Below, in pieces: positions 62,180 to 64,000 of a stretch of DNA of 64,000 bases (the first letter of the stretch is position 1; each line of letters begins with the position of its first letter). The position numbers and the translations under genes were made by a program. This DNA comes from an uncultured Alphaproteobacteria bacterium (GTDB taxonomy: Bacteria > Electryoneota > RPQS01): NCBI GenBank assembly GCA_964530625.1, contig CAZHAK010000012.1, positions 8,654-72,653 on the forward strand, given 5' to 3'. The notes under the pieces are model-generated. The model was not told where the DNA came from, ran no database searches, and saw only the letters and a program-made list of their open reading frames with translations.

Positions 62180-62428
62180 TCAATCCTTCTTCATCTTGCG
62201 CAATTTACGCTCCAGCAGAAGCAGTACCTTTTGCGCGACCTTATTGGGGGTGGTGCGGCCGTTCTCCCAGCGGTTTACCGTGGCGAACGTCACACCGATT
62301 TCGTGCGCAAAATTCTCCTGAGTCATGTTTAGGTCTTCGCGCAGTTGTTTTATCCGTGCTCCGTCGAAATCGTCCGGGTGCGGGCGTGAGGAGCGAATCA
62401 TGTTACGGGCGATGGTCGTGGCGTCCAT
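62180..62428 (-). CDS. XRE-family helix-turn-helix transcriptional regulator.
   Basis: The 82-aa ORF has the HTH_3 segment LNMTQENFAHEIGVTFATVNRWENGRTTP. Confidence 0.75.
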   Translation of the reverse strand: MDATTIARNMIRSSRPHPDDFDGARIKQLREDLNMTQENFAHEIGVTFATVNRWENGRTTPNKVAQKVLLLLERKLRKMKKD

Positions 62429-62458
62429 TATGGAAATCTCCGGTTAACTTGAGTAGTT

Positions 62459-62470
62459 GTGTTATAACAC
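62459..62470. promoter_or_regulatory. Perfect 12-bp palindrome GTGTTATAACAC, likely the operator of the XRE regulator.
   Basis: It lies about 30 nt upstream of the XRE ATG, within its probable promoter. The geometry is that of a dimeric HTH binding site. Confidence 0.4.
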
Positions 62471-63045
62471 TTAGCAAGCCTTATGCCACAACGATTAGCT
62501 CCAATAATTTAGCGTCCTACTTCTTCTATATTGCCGCGAAGCAACTGTTTCTTACGTGTAAACGGGGGATAAGGAGTCGGCAAAAATAGCCCTGGGCAAG
62601 AAACTTTTGTTACCCACGGAGTGCCGCTTGACTTTCTCCCACCCCAAAGCTACCTTATCTATGTGATATCCCGACCCCAACCATTGTTTCTACCCCTCTT
62701 CCCATTTCGACCGGTCATCCGGGGGCAGAATCCAGGCTTCCTCGTAGCTGTCCACAGAATTGTGAGGGATAGGGGAGTTTACTACCCTGTTGCAGCCGCA
62801 CCCGCCGCGGTTGCCCCAACGCACCCATCACAGGGTCGAGCCTCCGGCTCGACAAACCACCGAGAATTATCTCACCCGGAACGAGTTCGCGGTCGCGCCT
62901 TCCGGGGCCTCCTCTCCCCCACTGTTTCAACTACTTCCTAAGTTGCGACAGGATAGCTGGCCTGTTCATTGAGTGGTAAGTCTCTTGATGACCAGTGATT
63001 ATGGGGAAATTAACGTGACTCAACCACAAAACACAAGGCAAAAAA

Positions 63046-64000
63046 ATGATACAGAGGAAGACTCTACTCACGAAAGAATCATTGGCAGAGTTGGCCTCGG
63101 CAAACGAGCCGCCGTGTCTTTCGCTTTACCAGCCGACCCATCGGCACAGTCCCGCAAATCAGCAGGATGTAATACGCTTTCGCAATCTCGTCCGGGAGCT
63201 TGAGAAATCCCTCCGACAGAAGTACTCGGACCTCGAAACCCGAAATATTCTGGAGCCGCTTCAAGCCCTCACCCTCGAAACTGACTTTTGGAACCATACA
63301 CTGGACGGATTGGCCGTGCTAAGAGGGCCAAGTGTTTTTCACGTATACAGGCTTCAGCGACCAGTCCCCGAGCTAGCTATCGTTGCCGACAGTTTTCACA
63401 CCAAACCTTTGCGAAGGTTTTTGCAAACGGTCGGTCGCTTCCAGGTTCTGGGTTTGAGCCAAAGCGAGATCCAGCTTTTTGAGGGAAACCGCAACGACCT
63501 TGATGAGATTGAATTGGCACCAGGTGTTCCGAGGACATCCACTGAGGCCCTCGGTGAAACACTGAACAAGTCACATCTGACCGTCTCGTCTTATGGCGGA
63601 ATCGGCCAGGGGAGCACACCGATGCATCACGGCCACCGCGGAAGACAGGAAGCGGTCAAGGCCGATACGGAGAAGTTTTTTCGAGCCATCGATCGCGCGG
63701 TGCTTGAGCACCATTCCCGACCGTCCGGTCTGCCCTTGATCCTCGCGGCATTACCGGAGCATCATCATCTTTTCCAAAGTGTCAGCCATAACCAGTTTCT
63801 GTGGCCGGAGGGAATCGATATCAATCCGCTTGACCTGCCGATCGACGAATTTCGAGCACGAGCCTGGCAAGTCGTCGAGCCGCGATATCAGACACAACTA
63901 GTAGAACTTGCCGACGAGTTTGCCGTTGCGAAGTCTAAGGGGCTCGGCAGTGACGACATAGCGCAAGCAGCTCAGGCGGCCTCCGAGGGGCGTGTCGCGA
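63046..64000 (+). CDS. Partial ORF (more than 318 aa, open to the window end) with eRF1/Pelota-like central-domain features. It is a candidate baeRF-family protein.
   Basis: I hand-translated from the ATG at 63046 and found no stop in 318 codons. The segment SSYGGIGQGSTPMHHGHRGRQEAVKADTEKFFRAIDRAV resembles the GGQ-loop plus helix of eRF1/aRF1 domain 2. It is not in the ORF track because no stop falls in the window. Confidence 0.45.
   Translation, partial: MIQRKTLLTKESLAELASANEPPCLSLYQPTHRHSPANQQDVIRFRNLVRELEKSLRQKYSDLETRNILEPLQALTLETDFWNHTLDGLAVLRGPSVFHVYRLQRPVPELAIVADSFHTKPLRRFLQTVGRFQVLGLSQSEIQLFEGNRNDLDEIELAPGVPRTSTEALGETLNKSHLTVSSYGGIGQGSTPMHHGHRGRQEAVKADTEKFFRAIDRAVLEHHSRPSGLPLILAALPEHHHLFQSVSHNQFLWPEGIDINPLDLPIDEFRARAWQVVEPRYQTQLVELADEFAVAKSKGLGSDDIAQAAQAASEGRVA

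Noticed and set aside
62621-62972. Pro-rich ORFs on both strands in the 62.6-63.0 kb intergenic region.
   Set aside because: They overlap one another in three frames. They are Pro/Arg-rich, as expected from a C-rich non-coding sequence. I interpreted the region as a leader or possible ncRNA instead.

Overview
This 64-kb window comes from a bacterium with about 58% GC. Three secreted proteins carry type IX secretion (T9SS) C-terminal sorting domains. Gene order matches the Bacteroidota/FCB pattern: tRNA-Thr/Tyr/Gly/Thr, tuf, tRNA-Trp, secE, nusG, rplKAJL, rpoBC, then rpsL-rpsG-fusA-rpsJ with no tuf after fusA. I therefore infer an FCB-superphylum lineage.

The core, 5.6-38.9 kb and all on the minus strand, is the contiguous translation/transcription superoperon. 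It runs from the tRNA cluster through tuf, secE/nusG, the L11-L1-L10-L7/12 genes, rpoB/rpoC and the str, S10, spc and alpha operons down to rplQ. The spc operon includes adk and map. An unusual SAM-dependent methyltransferase with a zinc ribbon is inserted between secE and nusG.

The left flank (0-5.6 kb) holds a translationally coupled cassette on the minus strand: a partial unknown gene, a DUF1611 P-loop protein and a fold-type-II PLP enzyme. On the plus strand it holds a small protein with an SD and a terminator, a small secreted Cys protein, and a T9SS beta-helix protein.

The right flank (38.9-64 kb) holds:
- a cysS / pgsA-like / purF operon;
- an SDR epimerase;
- an 887-aa T9SS cargo protein;
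- an MFS transporter;
- an inositol-monophosphatase-family enzyme;
- an orphan histidine-kinase-like protein;
- a ClC channel;
- a standalone 1033-aa SbcC/Rad50-like ATPase with a central transmembrane glycine-zipper hairpin;
- a small beta-barrel protein followed by a T9SS-sorted M4/M36 metalloprotease;
- folC-mutM;
- a small helical protein;
- an XRE regulator with a perfect palindromic operator;
- an ORF that runs off the right edge and has eRF1/Pelota-like central-domain features.

I found no CRISPR array, transposase or integrase. Coordinates I derived by hand (tRNAs, terminators, start refinements) are approximate to +/-2 nt.
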